From an uncultured Clostridia bacterium (GTDB lineage Bacteria > Bacillota > Clostridia > Christensenellales > UBA1242): a stretch of DNA of 64,000 bases. A model generated the notes under the pieces. It had not been told where the DNA came from, did no database searches, and saw only the letters and a list, made by a program, of their open reading frames with translations. Each line of letters begins with the position of its first letter. Within the stretch, counting starts at the first letter, position 1. Made by a program: the position numbers and the translations under genes. The stretch covers positions 4,326 through 68,325 of the forward strand of contig CALWKD010000004.1 in the NCBI GenBank assembly GCA_944381175.1, read 5' to 3'. Shown piece after piece: positions 9,638 through 17,875 of the stretch.

Positions 9638-10183
9638 ATGAACAGTATGTTGCTTGCATCATCAAACAGCGTTTGGAACTATGTTTTGATTGCTGTTGTT
9701 GTGTTGCTTTTGATTGCAATGCCAATTATGATGAACCAAAGAAACAAAAAAGAAACCCAAAAAATTCAAGAACAAACGAATTCCTTGAAAGTGGGCGACA
9801 AGGTTTTGACGACAAGTGGTGTTTATGGCACTATCACCGAACTTAAGTTCGACGATTCAAAGAAAGTGGTTGTGATTGAGACTGGCGGAAAAACCAAGAG
9901 TTATATGAGCGTGGACGCGTATTCAATATACACAGTTTTCAAGAGCGATGCGGAACTTGCTCGTGAGGCGGAACTTAAAGCCGAGGAAGAAAAGAGAAAA
10001 GAAGAAGAGGAAGCAGAGAAGAAGGCTTCAAAAAAAGCAAAAGTCGACTCCAAAAACGATTCTCTTGAGAAAGAAGTTGAAAAAGTCACAAGTCACAGTG
10101 ATGAGGCGACAGTTTCAGAAGTTCCCGAAGAGTCAAATGAAGAAAAACCTGAAAAAAAAGGAAGAAAGAAAAACAACAAATAA
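9638..10183 (+). CDS. yajC: preprotein translocase subunit YajC with K/E-rich C-terminal extension
   Basis: Start at ATG 9638 after gaaaggagac. TM segment followed by QRNKKETQKIQEQTNSLKVGDKVLTTSGVYGTITEL (YajC core), then a charged tail of about 90 aa. Confidence 0.85.
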   Translation: MNSMLLASSNSVWNYVLIAVVVLLLIAMPIMMNQRNKKETQKIQEQTNSLKVGDKVLTTSGVYGTITELKFDDSKKVVVIETGGKTKSYMSVDAYSIYTVFKSDAELAREAELKAEEEKRKEEEEAEKKASKKAKVDSKNDSLEKEVEKVTSHSDEATVSEVPEESNEEKPEKKGRKKNNK

Positions 10184-10184
10184 G

Positions 10185-10212
10185 AAAAGAGGCGATTTGC
10201 CTCTTTTTTTGT
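10185..10212 (+). terminator. intrinsic terminator after yajC
   Basis: aagaggc-gattt-gcctctt followed by tttttgttttt. Confidence 0.7.
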
Positions 10213-10424
10213 TTTTATGGTGCGGGACAATTTCTGTAATGTTTGTGGAAGGATTTTATGGTTTTATTTGATATAAACGCAAAATTTCCATAGCGATAAA
10301 AAGGACAATGTAATAAATTCGCAAAACAGAATAACAAAATAAGCAAGATTTCTCCGAAATACAGACCGAAAGCAAGAAAATTATTGCGAAAATCGTAGAA
10401 AATTGTAAAAAATAGCGTAAAAAT

Positions 10425-10720
10425 GTGTATGGTTTCGATTATCTATATCAATCAAGATTTAGAATTGCCTCAACTCAAGAATTGAGTAATTCTGGCTTGG
10501 TTGACTTAAGGGCAAAAGCGAGTGACCTTGTTGCATTTATGTTGGGATATGACGGGAAATATTGCTCATATTGGACGAGAAAGCTTTCAAACCTTGGCTC
10601 AGGGGTTGCGATTTCTGCCTCTGGGACGGTCACCAGACCGTGGCTGGATGAGTATCTTGGATTTAGATTTGCTTTGACCTTCACTGATGGCTCAAGACTG
10701 TAATTTGGGTCGTATTGAAA
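10425..10720 (+). ncRNA. candidate structured non-coding RNA of unrecognised class (strand inferred from the downstream terminator)
   Basis: GC-enriched island inside a 700-bp AT-rich gap. No SD, and the amino-acid composition of its ORFs is atypical for this window. It has stacked hairpins (10461-10493, 10547-10571, 10598-10625, 10626-10641). Bounded by terminators at 10185-10212 and 10800-10838. Confidence 0.4.
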
Positions 10721-10799
10721 TTCAAAAAGTCAAAAATTTTGAAATTTTAAGAAGATGTAGTGTCCAAGTTGGGTGAACACAAAAATCATCTTAAAAAAT

Positions 10800-10838
10800 A
10801 AGAAGACAATCAAATGTGAGGTTGTCTTCTTTTTTGTT
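10800..10838 (+). terminator. strong intrinsic terminator
   Basis: aagaagacaa-tcaaatgtgagg-ttgtcttctt followed by ttttgtt. Confidence 0.75.
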
Positions 10839-10901
10839 CTTATTTGGCAAGAGGTCGCATAAGTTAAATTGAAAGTTTAATAAGCGTTTTTGGAGGCAAT
10901 A

Positions 10902-11306
10902 ATGAAAGTGAAAGCATTAAAAACCGACAAAAAACAGTCCGCTCTTTTGATGGCTGTTTTGAAAGGTGTCGTCGTTGGACTTTGCGTTTCTTTGGTGGGA
11001 ATTCTTTTGTTTGCATTCATTTTGAGATTCACAAGCATTTCGGACAAGGTTATCGCTCCAGTCAATCAGGTGATTAAAGGTGTGAGCATTTTCTTCGGTG
11101 TGTTCGTTGGGCTTAAAAAGTGCAAAAAGAACGGACTCTTAAGCGGTTTTTTGATTGGACTGCTTTATACAATCGTCGCATTTTTGGTGTTTTCAATTCT
11201 CGACGGGGCTTTCTCTTTCGACAGAACACTTGTCAATGATATTGTTTTTGGCAGTATCATTGGCGCGATATGTGGCATCATTTGTGTGAATTTGAAAAAA
11301 AATTGA
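10902..11306 (+). CDS. small four-TM membrane protein (TIGR04086-like)
   Basis: Start at ATG 10902 after tggaggcaata. 134 aa with four hydrophobic segments. Resembles the small Firmicutes membrane-protein family often found near yajC. Confidence 0.6.
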   Translation: MKVKALKTDKKQSALLMAVLKGVVVGLCVSLVGILLFAFILRFTSISDKVIAPVNQVIKGVSIFFGVFVGLKKCKKNGLLSGFLIGLLYTIVAFLVFSILDGAFSFDRTLVNDIVFGSIIGAICGIICVNLKKN

Positions 11307-11314
11307 CTTTTTAA

Positions 11315-11343
11315 TTGACATAAGCCCCTTAATGTATTATACT
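11315..11343 (+). promoter_or_regulatory. sigma-A-type promoter upstream of secD
   Basis: TTGACA (11315-11320), 17 nt, TATACT (11338-11343). Confidence 0.5.
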
Positions 11344-11391
11344 TAACAAGTATAAATTTACCGATTTTATTACTTGTTTTAAGGGGACGTA

Positions 11392-12750
11392 ATGGCTAAA
11401 AATAGAATGAAAAAAAATTCCATAATGAATTTTGTTGCAGTTGCGGTTTTGACTATTATTGGAATTGTTTTGTCAGTATGCAGTTTTGAAATTCCTTTCA
11501 CAACTTCCACCTACAATGGTTTTGCAAACTCAATTCCTTTGGGTTTTGACCTTGGAGGTGGGATTTATGCTGTCTATGATTGTTCACTCTCCACAGGCAG
11601 TAACACTCAAGACTTGGACAAGGCTATAGACGAAATGGTTGAAAGACTTCCTTCTGTGATTTCTGAGGAGTACGGCGAGGCGACAATCACCAGACAGGGA
11701 AGCACCAGTATCCGAATTGAAATTCCTTCCACGGACGATTCTGGCAATTTTTTTGAACTCATTGGTCATCCGATTTATATGGCTTTAACCAACGATGACG
11801 ATGCAGAAGCGAGAATTGTTGGGACGGATATTGAAAGTGCTACTGCAGTTTACCAACCAACTACAGACGGAACTTATGGATATGGCGTAAATATTCAGTT
11901 CACTGACGAAGGGGCAGACAAATTTGCTTCCCTCACTGCTGAAGCGGCAGAAAGTGATAACCAACAAATTTATATTTTTGTCGGTGAAATCGGTGGAGAT
12001 GACACACAAATTTTGACTTTGACTTGTGAAGAAGAAATCACGGGCGGTTCAACTTTCATTTCCTTTGACACTTACGAACAGGCACAAGAATATGCACTTC
12101 AAATTATGAGCGGAACTTTCGATGTCTCTTTGGATTTGCTTGAGCAATCGGTTGTATCTGCGACACTTGGTCCAAATGCACTCACTTTCGCAATCATTGG
12201 CATAGCGGTTGGACTTGTCTTGATTATGCTTGCTATGTGGATAAGATATGGCGACTTTGGGCTTTTGTCCGCTTTTGCTCTTGTTATTTATTTGGTCTTG
12301 ATGCTCTTCTTCTTGCAGGCAATTCCTTTCGTCCAACTCACTTTGCTGGGACTCGCAGGAATAATTTTGAGCATCGGTATGACAGTTTGCGGAATGGTTA
12401 TCATCTTTGAGAAATTCAGAGAAGAATATCGCTCTGGGAAGAAAATTCCTCTTTCAACTAAAAGTGCATTCAAGCGTGCTTTCTGGCCGATTTTTGACAG
12501 CAATATTGTCGTGTTCGTTATCGCTTTGATGCTTTCCATTATTGGAACATCCGCAATTCAAAGTTTTGGAATTATTCTGCTTATCGGGATTCTGCTTGCT
12601 ATGTTTACAAACCTCGTTGTGATGAGATTCTTCGTGAAATGGTACTTGCCTTTCAATAGTGTTAAGGCGAAGAAACTGCATTTGCCAAAACAATCCAGGG
12701 CGCATAAAGAGTTGAAAGAGTCTCCTGTGGGAGGTGAAGCAAATGAGTAA
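11392..12750 (+). CDS. secD: protein translocase subunit SecD
   Basis: 452 aa. N-terminal TM segment, a periplasmic-type domain, and a C-terminal 5-TM block (LGLAGIILSIGMTV...). Overlaps secF by 8 nt. Confidence 0.9.
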   Translation: MAKNRMKKNSIMNFVAVAVLTIIGIVLSVCSFEIPFTTSTYNGFANSIPLGFDLGGGIYAVYDCSLSTGSNTQDLDKAIDEMVERLPSVISEEYGEATITRQGSTSIRIEIPSTDDSGNFFELIGHPIYMALTNDDDAEARIVGTDIESATAVYQPTTDGTYGYGVNIQFTDEGADKFASLTAEAAESDNQQIYIFVGEIGGDDTQILTLTCEEEITGGSTFISFDTYEQAQEYALQIMSGTFDVSLDLLEQSVVSATLGPNALTFAIIGIAVGLVLIMLAMWIRYGDFGLLSAFALVIYLVLMLFFLQAIPFVQLTLLGLAGIILSIGMTVCGMVIIFEKFREEYRSGKKIPLSTKSAFKRAFWPIFDSNIVVFVIALMLSIIGTSAIQSFGIILLIGILLAMFTNLVVMRFFVKWYLPFNSVKAKKLHLPKQSRAHKELKESPVGGEANE

Positions 12751-13864
12751 GTTTAAGAAAACTGGAAAATTTTCGCTTGACGAAAAAATCGAACAATCAA
12801 AATTTGATTTTTGCAAAAACTTGAAATGGTTTTTGATTGCACCTGTTCTTATCATTATTGTTGGCATTGTTATGCTTTGCACACTTGGTTTCAATCTCGG
12901 CATTGACTTCACTGGTGGCTCAAATATGACGATTTACATCGACGGCGACGGCACTTATGGCGAAAAACTTGATATAGATAAGGACGACGATGAGATAAGA
13001 GATAAAATTCAAGAGGTTTTGGAGCACCACGGACTCAAAATCACGACTTTGCAAACCGCGACAATGGATGTGGATGATCTCGGCATTGTTGACGGAGATG
13101 CAATAATTATCAAATACCAAAATGACGACTCCCTCTCAACTGAGGAGATTGAAAGTGTTAATGACCAAATCAAATTGGAAATCTTGAAGGCATTTGGGTA
13201 TGTTGACGAGAGCGTTACTGTGGTGGAAGATTTGGAAGGAATTGAGACTGCAGCACTCGTTCAAAATGGTGGAGTGACCACACCGAGTGCTCTGGAAGAA
13301 CTGATTATGAGGACTTTCATCGCACTTTTGGTGATAATTGTGCTTGTCCTGATTTATAACACAATTAGATTTAACTTTTCAAGTGGACTTATTACGATTC
13401 TTGTGCTTTTCCACGACATATTGGTGGCAGCAGCAGTCGTTTTGATATGCAGAATTCAAATCAATGTTTCGTTTATCGCTGGGCTTTTTGCAATTTTGGC
13501 ATACTCCGTAAGCAACTCGATGGTTACATTTAATGGAATAAAAGAGAAACTTAAAGTTGCAGAAAATGCAAATCAAAAAGTTGATAATGTTCAAATTGCA
13601 AACAGTTCCGCTAAAGAAACATTACTTCGTTCAATCTTGACTGGAGTCATAGTTTTTGTGATGTTCCTTATGATAACAGTGATTGGAGTTGCGGACGTAA
13701 GAGAATTTGCATTTCCAATCTTGATTGGAATTTTGGCTGGGTTCTACTCTTCGGTGTGTCTGATTCCTGGGCTTTGGGCAATTGCTTACAAACCTAAAAA
13801 GAGAAAGAAAAATAAACCAAAATCCACTGAAATTGAAGAGAGTGTTGAGGTTCTCGACGCATAA
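12743..13864 (+). CDS. secF: protein translocase subunit SecF
   Basis: Start at ATG 12743 after gggaggtg. LGIDFTGGSNMTIY motif and a C-terminal TM bundle. Confidence 0.9.
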   Translation: MSKFKKTGKFSLDEKIEQSKFDFCKNLKWFLIAPVLIIIVGIVMLCTLGFNLGIDFTGGSNMTIYIDGDGTYGEKLDIDKDDDEIRDKIQEVLEHHGLKITTLQTATMDVDDLGIVDGDAIIIKYQNDDSLSTEEIESVNDQIKLEILKAFGYVDESVTVVEDLEGIETAALVQNGGVTTPSALEELIMRTFIALLVIIVLVLIYNTIRFNFSSGLITILVLFHDILVAAAVVLICRIQINVSFIAGLFAILAYSVSNSMVTFNGIKEKLKVAENANQKVDNVQIANSSAKETLLRSILTGVIVFVMFLMITVIGVADVREFAFPILIGILAGFYSSVCLIPGLWAIAYKPKKRKKNKPKSTEIEESVEVLDA

Positions 13865-13904
13865 GGGAACTCATAAGGGTAAGATTTCAAAAAAATCAAT
13901 TTTC

Positions 13905-13935
13905 AAAGGCAAGGAAAAATCCTTGTCTTTTTTTG
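13905..13935 (+). terminator. intrinsic terminator after secF
   Basis: aaaggcaagga-aaaa-tccttgtcttt followed by tttttg. Confidence 0.7.
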
Positions 13936-14014
13936 TTTAATATTTTATTTGGTGCAATTATTGTTTGCGTGGGAGAGGTGGTTTGCGGTATAATTTTGGT
14001 GAAGAGGAATGTTT

Positions 14015-15043
14015 ATGAAATTGTTTAAAAATGCTCGGCTGGTTGACCTTGAAAATGGAGAGGTTTGCCTGACTGACATCTTGGAAGAGAAAGGAAAAAT
14101 TTTGGAGATTGGCGAAATTCAAACTTCCAATTTTGACGGAGAGATTGTTGATTTGGAAGGGAATTATGTCCTCCCAAGTTTTGTAAATTCTTTTAGCAAC
14201 AGCGTTTCTGCTTTTCAAAAGAACTTTTTTGAATTAAAAGAAAAATCTCAGATTGACAAGGTTTGCGACCTTTTTTATGCAAAAAATTTGCTTGCGGGTG
14301 CAGTTTTTTCGGCTGATGTGGCAAAAAATGAAATTTGTTTGATTGACAAAATTGAAGAAAAAGATGAAAAAATGCTGAATGATTTGAGTTTGAGAGTAGC
14401 AAAAGAAAAGAGAACTCCGTTTTTGAAAATTGGACAAGATTTGGAGTCGCTCGGTTCAATCGACAAGGAATACGGAAAGTCTGTTTCAAGAGTGCTTGAA
14501 GATTTTGGTTTTTTGGATAGGCGTGCAGTCATTGTGGGTGGAAATTGCCTCGAAAAAGATGAATTGGAAACTTTTCGAAATTACGATTGCGATTTTGTCA
14601 TTTTGCCGAATGACGACGGAAAATTTGGAAGAAGAGCGGTCAATCTTGCCACACTTTTTTCCAAAGACTTCAACATTGCTTTGGGGAGCGGAGACTCCTC
14701 CGAAATTGATTTTTTTGCGTATATGAGGCAGTTGATTTTTGGGATGAGGTCGCTTTTTGAGGATATTGGTTGCATAAACGAAAGACAGGTGCTTGGCATT
14801 GCGACAAATGGAAGTGTTTTGGGAGTTGAGAACGGCATCAAAGTCGGTGGAGATGCCACATTTATTGTTGTGCGTGCAAGGGAAAGTCTTTATGACGACA
14901 TCTTCAAAACTCTGGTGTGGGAGATGAGCAAAAGAGATGTCCTCTTATGCGTTAAGAATGGTGAAGTTTTGCAAAAAAATGGCGAAATCTTTATGAAAAA
15001 TGCCACCACTTATGATACAATGATTAGGAACTTGAAACAATAA
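14015..15043 (+). CDS. amidohydrolase-fold protein (MtaD/SsnA-like) with degenerate metal-binding motifs
   Basis: MKLFKNARLVDLENGEV...DLEGNYVLPSFVNSFSNS is collinear with chlorohydrolase/deaminase N-termini (..PG.IN.HTH), but HxH reads SxS. 342 aa. Start at ATG 14015, 6 nt after gaagagga. Confidence 0.65.
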   Translation: MKLFKNARLVDLENGEVCLTDILEEKGKILEIGEIQTSNFDGEIVDLEGNYVLPSFVNSFSNSVSAFQKNFFELKEKSQIDKVCDLFYAKNLLAGAVFSADVAKNEICLIDKIEEKDEKMLNDLSLRVAKEKRTPFLKIGQDLESLGSIDKEYGKSVSRVLEDFGFLDRRAVIVGGNCLEKDELETFRNYDCDFVILPNDDGKFGRRAVNLATLFSKDFNIALGSGDSSEIDFFAYMRQLIFGMRSLFEDIGCINERQVLGIATNGSVLGVENGIKVGGDATFIVVRARESLYDDIFKTLVWEMSKRDVLLCVKNGEVLQKNGEIFMKNATTYDTMIRNLKQ

Positions 15044-15053
15044 GGAGAACAAA

Positions 15054-17210
15054 ATGACAATACAAGAAAGACTAACAAGCGAGTTTGGGCTTAGACCGGA
15101 TTACACAGAAAACATCATCAATTTGATTGATGAGGGAAACACAATTCCGTTTATCGCGAGATATAGAAAGGAAATGCACGGCTCTTGCGACGACCAAGTC
15201 TTGAGAAATTTCGCCGACAGACTGAAATATCTCAGAAATTTGGACGATGAAAAAGCAAAGGTGCAGAAAGTTATCACGGAACAAGGCAAGTGGACTGAGG
15301 AACTTGCAACCGCTCTTGAAGAAGCAATGACGATGACTGAGGTTGAAGATATTTACAGACCTTACAAGCCGAAAAGAAAGACGAGGGCGTCTGTTGCCAT
15401 TGCCAAAGGGCTTGAGCCTCTCGCAGATATTTTGCAGGCTCAATCAAAAGAGTATGTGATTTTGGAAGAGGCGAAGAAGTTTATCACAGAGGAAGTGCCG
15501 ACTGTGGAAGATGCTGTTGCTGGGGCAAAGGATATTGTCGCAGAAAGAATTTCCGACAGTGCGGAACTTAGAAAAGATTTGCGTGAGATTATCGCCGAGA
15601 AAGCGTTTATTGAGTGCTCGCTTCTTGAAAATGAAAACAATTTGACTTATGAAACTTATGCAAACTTCAAACAAGAGGTGAAAAACATTCCAAGTCACAG
15701 AATTTTGGCTATCAACCGTGGCGAAAACGAAAAATGCTTGAAGGTTGATGTTGTTATTGACAAAAAGTTGACAATTCCAGTCATTGAAAAGTATTTCAAG
15801 AAGGACAACGAGGATACAAACGCTTTGATGGACGAGACCATTGACGATGCATATGAGCGACTCTTGTTCCCTTCGCTTGAAAGAGAGTGTAGAAACAATT
15901 TGACGGATGTTGCTGACGAGCAGGCGATAAAGATGTTTGAGGTGAACTTGAGACCGTTGCTCCTTGAAGCACCACTCAAAAACAATGTCATCCTCGGATT
16001 TGACCCAGGATACCACAATGGTTGCAAAATCGCAGTTATCGACAAACACGGAGAGGTTCTGGACACGACTGTGGTTTATCCAACTCCTCCAAGGTCAAAG
16101 ACTGAAGAGGCAATGGAAAAACTCAAGGCGATGATTGAGAAGAATAAAGTTGATGTCATTGCCATTGGAAACGGAACTGCTTCAAAAGAGTCCGAGATTT
16201 TTGTTGCGGAACTTATCAAACACGTAAACCGCCCTGTGACTTATGCGGTTGTGAGTGAGGCAGGTGCTTCGGTTTATTCTGCTTCAAAACTCGCTGCCGA
16301 GGAGTTTCCAGATTATGATGTAAACCTTCGTAGTGCGGTCTCAATCGCAAGAAGATTGCAGGACCCTTTGGCTGAACTTATCAAAATTGATGTGAAGTCC
16401 ATCGGTGTCGGGCAATACCAACACGATATGCCACAGAACAGGCTCACAGAGGTTTTGACGGGGGTTGTGGAGGACTGCGTAAACAGCGTTGGCGTCGACC
16501 TCAACACTGCGTCTCCAAGTCTTTTGTCGTATGTTTCGGGGCTCAACAAGAGCATCGCAAACAACATTGTCGCATACCGAACCGCTCACAAGGGCTTCAA
16601 ATCGAGAGAAGAACTCTTGTCGGTCAGCAAACTTGGACCAAAGGCTTATGAGCAGTGTGCGGGCTTCCTTCGAGTTGTGGGAGGCGAAAATGTGCTTGAC
16701 AACACCGCTGTGCACCCAGAAAGTTATGATGCGGCAAGAAAACTCTTGAAAATCTTCTCTCTTTCTGAGGACGATGTCAAAAACAACAATCTCGCAAGTT
16801 TACCAAAACTTGTTGAGGAGAAAGGCGAGAAGAAAGTTGCCGAGGAGTGCGGTGTCGGCATTCCAACACTCAATGACATCACATCAGAACTTCTCAAACC
16901 AGGCCGTGATATTCGTGAGACTATGCCAAAACCAGTGCTCAGAAGTGATGTGATTCATATGGAAGATTTGAAGGAGGGAATGGTTTTCAAGGGCGTTGTG
17001 AGAAACGTTGTTGATTTTGGTGCGTTTGTTGATATTGGTGTGCACCAAGACGGACTTGTTCACATTTCCCAACTCTCAGACAGTTTCGTCAAACATCCAA
17101 GCGATGTCGTTAAAGTGGGCGATGTTGTCGATGTCAAGGTGCTTTCTGTTGACCTTCCAAAGAAGAGAATCTCACTCACTATGAAAGGAATCGAAAAAGA
17201 CGGAGAATAA
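15054..17210 (+). CDS. tex: Tex-like transcription accessory protein (YqgF/HhH/S1 domains)
   Basis: 718 aa. N-terminus ...IINLIDEGNTIPFIARYRKE, a central RNase-H-like GFDPGYHNGCKIAVID segment, and a C-terminal S1 domain GVVRNVVDFGAFVDIG. Confidence 0.9.
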   Translation: MTIQERLTSEFGLRPDYTENIINLIDEGNTIPFIARYRKEMHGSCDDQVLRNFADRLKYLRNLDDEKAKVQKVITEQGKWTEELATALEEAMTMTEVEDIYRPYKPKRKTRASVAIAKGLEPLADILQAQSKEYVILEEAKKFITEEVPTVEDAVAGAKDIVAERISDSAELRKDLREIIAEKAFIECSLLENENNLTYETYANFKQEVKNIPSHRILAINRGENEKCLKVDVVIDKKLTIPVIEKYFKKDNEDTNALMDETIDDAYERLLFPSLERECRNNLTDVADEQAIKMFEVNLRPLLLEAPLKNNVILGFDPGYHNGCKIAVIDKHGEVLDTTVVYPTPPRSKTEEAMEKLKAMIEKNKVDVIAIGNGTASKESEIFVAELIKHVNRPVTYAVVSEAGASVYSASKLAAEEFPDYDVNLRSAVSIARRLQDPLAELIKIDVKSIGVGQYQHDMPQNRLTEVLTGVVEDCVNSVGVDLNTASPSLLSYVSGLNKSIANNIVAYRTAHKGFKSREELLSVSKLGPKAYEQCAGFLRVVGGENVLDNTAVHPESYDAARKLLKIFSLSEDDVKNNNLASLPKLVEEKGEKKVAEECGVGIPTLNDITSELLKPGRDIRETMPKPVLRSDVIHMEDLKEGMVFKGVVRNVVDFGAFVDIGVHQDGLVHISQLSDSFVKHPSDVVKVGDVVDVKVLSVDLPKKRISLTMKGIEKDGE

Positions 17211-17211
17211 T

Positions 17212-17352
17212 ATGGATAAATGTCCAAAATGTGGAACGACTGTAAAGGAGATTTTGGAAACTGGGTTTGTGGGCTGTGAACAGTGCTACAAATTGCCAGA
17301 TGTTCAAAAGGCAGTGGACAAACTTTATGGCGGGAAAAGGCATAAGGAGTAA
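17212..17352 (+). CDS. mcsA: minimal McsA-like zinc-ribbon protein (46 aa)
   Basis: MDKCPKCGTTVKEILETGFVGCEQCYKLPDVQKAV... matches the second zinc finger of B. subtilis McsA (CPKCGMTFQQFRKIGRFGCSECYKTF). ATG lies 1 nt after the tex stop. Not in the ORF track (below 60 aa). Confidence 0.6.
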   Translation: MDKCPKCGTTVKEILETGFVGCEQCYKLPDVQKAVDKLYGGKRHKE

Positions 17353-17355
17353 GAT

Positions 17356-17868
17356 ATGAAAACTTTATACCTTATAACAGGCCCAGCAGGCGTGGGGAAA
17401 AGCACAATTTCCAAACTGATTGCAAAGAATTTGGAGAAAAGTTGTTTGATTGAAGGCGACGACATCTATGCAATGGTTGTTGGAAGTTATCAAAGTGCTT
17501 GGAAAGAGGGGAACCATTTGGAATTTTTTTGGAAAAACTCCCTTGATTTGATTGAAAATTCTCTTGATTTTGGTTATGATGTTGTGTTTAATTACATCAT
17601 CAAGAAGAGTCAGTTGGGGGAAATAGTCGACCGCTTCAAAGAGAAAGATGTGAAAATCAAATTTGTCTTGCTTTTGACGGACGAAAAAACGTTGATTGAG
17701 CGTGACAAAACAAGACCCCTTGACTGCCAAATGGGAGAAAGAGTGGTCGTTTTGCTCAAGAGTTTTGTGGAAGAGAATTTTGACCCTAAATACATTTTGG
17801 ACTCAACATCAAAAACGGAAGAACAAGTTTTGTCGGAAATTATGCAAAGCGACAGATTTGAAATTTAA
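17356..17868 (+). CDS. P-loop NTPase/kinase (AAA_33/TmrB-like)
   Basis: 170 aa with Walker A ITGPAGVGKST. The small-kinase layout is collinear with TmrB/AAA_33-type proteins. Confidence 0.7.
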   Translation: MKTLYLITGPAGVGKSTISKLIAKNLEKSCLIEGDDIYAMVVGSYQSAWKEGNHLEFFWKNSLDLIENSLDFGYDVVFNYIIKKSQLGEIVDRFKEKDVKIKFVLLLTDEKTLIERDKTRPLDCQMGERVVVLLKSFVEENFDPKYILDSTSKTEEQVLSEIMQSDRFEI

Positions 17869-17875
17869 GGTGAAT

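Noticed and set aside
10425-10703. 92-aa plus-strand ORF (and 69-aa minus-strand ORF at 10475-10684) in the yajC-downstream gap
   Set aside because: GTG start with no SD. The composition is poor in K and E, unlike local proteins. Long ORFs on both strands simply reflect locally higher GC. I treat the region as a candidate RNA instead.
17696-17875. 5' extension of the mcsB ORF (start at 17696 in the ORF track)
   Set aside because: It would overlap the preceding kinase gene by 170 nt in another frame. The McsB homology begins at MNEKFENIAISSRIRLARN (17876).
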